DNA of 63,939 nucleotides, counting the filler, from an uncultured Myxococcia bacterium (lineage in GTDB: Bacteria; CAZTWC01): the NCBI GenBank assembly GCA_964617105.1. It is 3 parts of 3 records of this genome, joined end to end, with 100 filler letters (N's around TTAATTAATTAA, not from the genome) between each part and the next. Parts side by side here need not be neighbours in the genome. Positions count along the whole stretch, not along the records: positions 44,188 to 63,939 come from CAZTWC010000036.1; 2 more parts are not named here. One strand, 5' to 3'. The position numbers and the translations under genes are program-made. The notes beneath the pieces were generated by a model that ran no database searches, was not told the DNA's origin, and saw only the letters and a program-made list of their open reading frames with translations. Numbering within the stretch: the first letter of the stretch is position 1; each line of letters starts with the position of its first letter. This document shows, in pieces, positions 63,606-63,939 of this stretch.

Positions 63606-63939
63606 ATGATTGATTGGATAATAGAACACAGTGTAAAAAATCGTTTTTTCGTGGTGATCATCACCGTCATCGTGATTGTGGCCGGTATTTGGTCCATGCT
63701 GAACATGCCAGTGGACGCCATCCCAGACCTTTCCGATGTCCAGGTGATCGTGTTCACCAAATACCCGGGCCAGGCACCAGGAGTGGTAGAGGACCAGGTA
63801 ACTTACCCGCTGACCACGGCCATGCTCTCTGTGCCCTATGCCAAAACCGTGCGCGGGTACTCCTTTTTCGGCTTCTCAATGGTGTACATCATTTTTGAGG
63901 ACGGTACAGACCTGTACTGGGCCCGTTCCAGGGTGTTAG
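63606..63939 (+). CDS. cusA: CusA/CzcA-family heavy-metal RND permease, 5' part (runs off the window)
   Basis: [14 protein letters not shown]...[31 protein letters not shown]...DLYWARSRV. Confidence 0.93.
   Translation, partial: MIDWIIEHSVKNRFFVVIITVIVIVAGIWSMLNMPVDAIPDLSDVQVIVFTKYPGQAPGVVEDQVTYPLTTAMLSVPYAKTVRGYSFFGFSMVYIIFEDGTDLYWARSRVL

Noticed and set aside
1-63939. CRISPR arrays, tRNA or rRNA genes
   Set aside because: No repeat-spacer periodicity, cloverleaf or rRNA-like segment seen by eye; a covariance-model search would be needed to exclude small ncRNAs in 46650-47200.

Overview
The window is three unrelated contigs joined by artificial 100-nt spacers (44 N + TTAATTAATTAA + 44 N at 22240-22339 and 44088-44187). 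Gene content suggests an uncultured deltaproteobacterium-like diderm (inference). Contig 1 (1-22239) holds a giant (>2400 codon) surface lipoprotein gene with Ig-like and thrombospondin type-3 repeats, interrupted by one in-frame TAG. It also has a V4R protein, an amidohydrolase-TSP3 lipoprotein, fliW-csrA, recN, an FAD oxidoreductase, a complete trpEGDCFBA operon and a HEAT-repeat gene. Contig 2 (22340-44087) is a phosphonoglycan locus: cytidylyltransferase-PEP mutase fusion, phosphonopyruvate decarboxylase, phosphonoacetaldehyde reductase, TagF-like transferase, wzm/wzt, a methyltransferase-coiled-coil-GT2-GT4 protein, GDP-heptose genes and an LtaS/EptA-like enzyme. The operon is headed by a procoat-like 'YIDPGTGS' peptide and a short YidC paralog. 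The contig ends in HDOD/DUF2225 genes cut by an IS3-family end. Contig 3 (44188-63939) has an ArsR-rhodanese / hidden UGA selenoprotein / TauE operon, an asnB with an internal deletion, a sigma54 two-component system, a DtxR-feoAB module, an ECF/anti-sigma cassette with a His/Met/Gly-rich exported protein and a TPR-barrel protein, and a CusCBA-type efflux operon. Three sigma54 promoters there share tandem 16-bp enhancers. The best candidates for new biology are the peptide + YidC + TagF + LtaS-like phosphonate relay, the selenoprotein, and the sigma54-to-ECF metal-response cascade.
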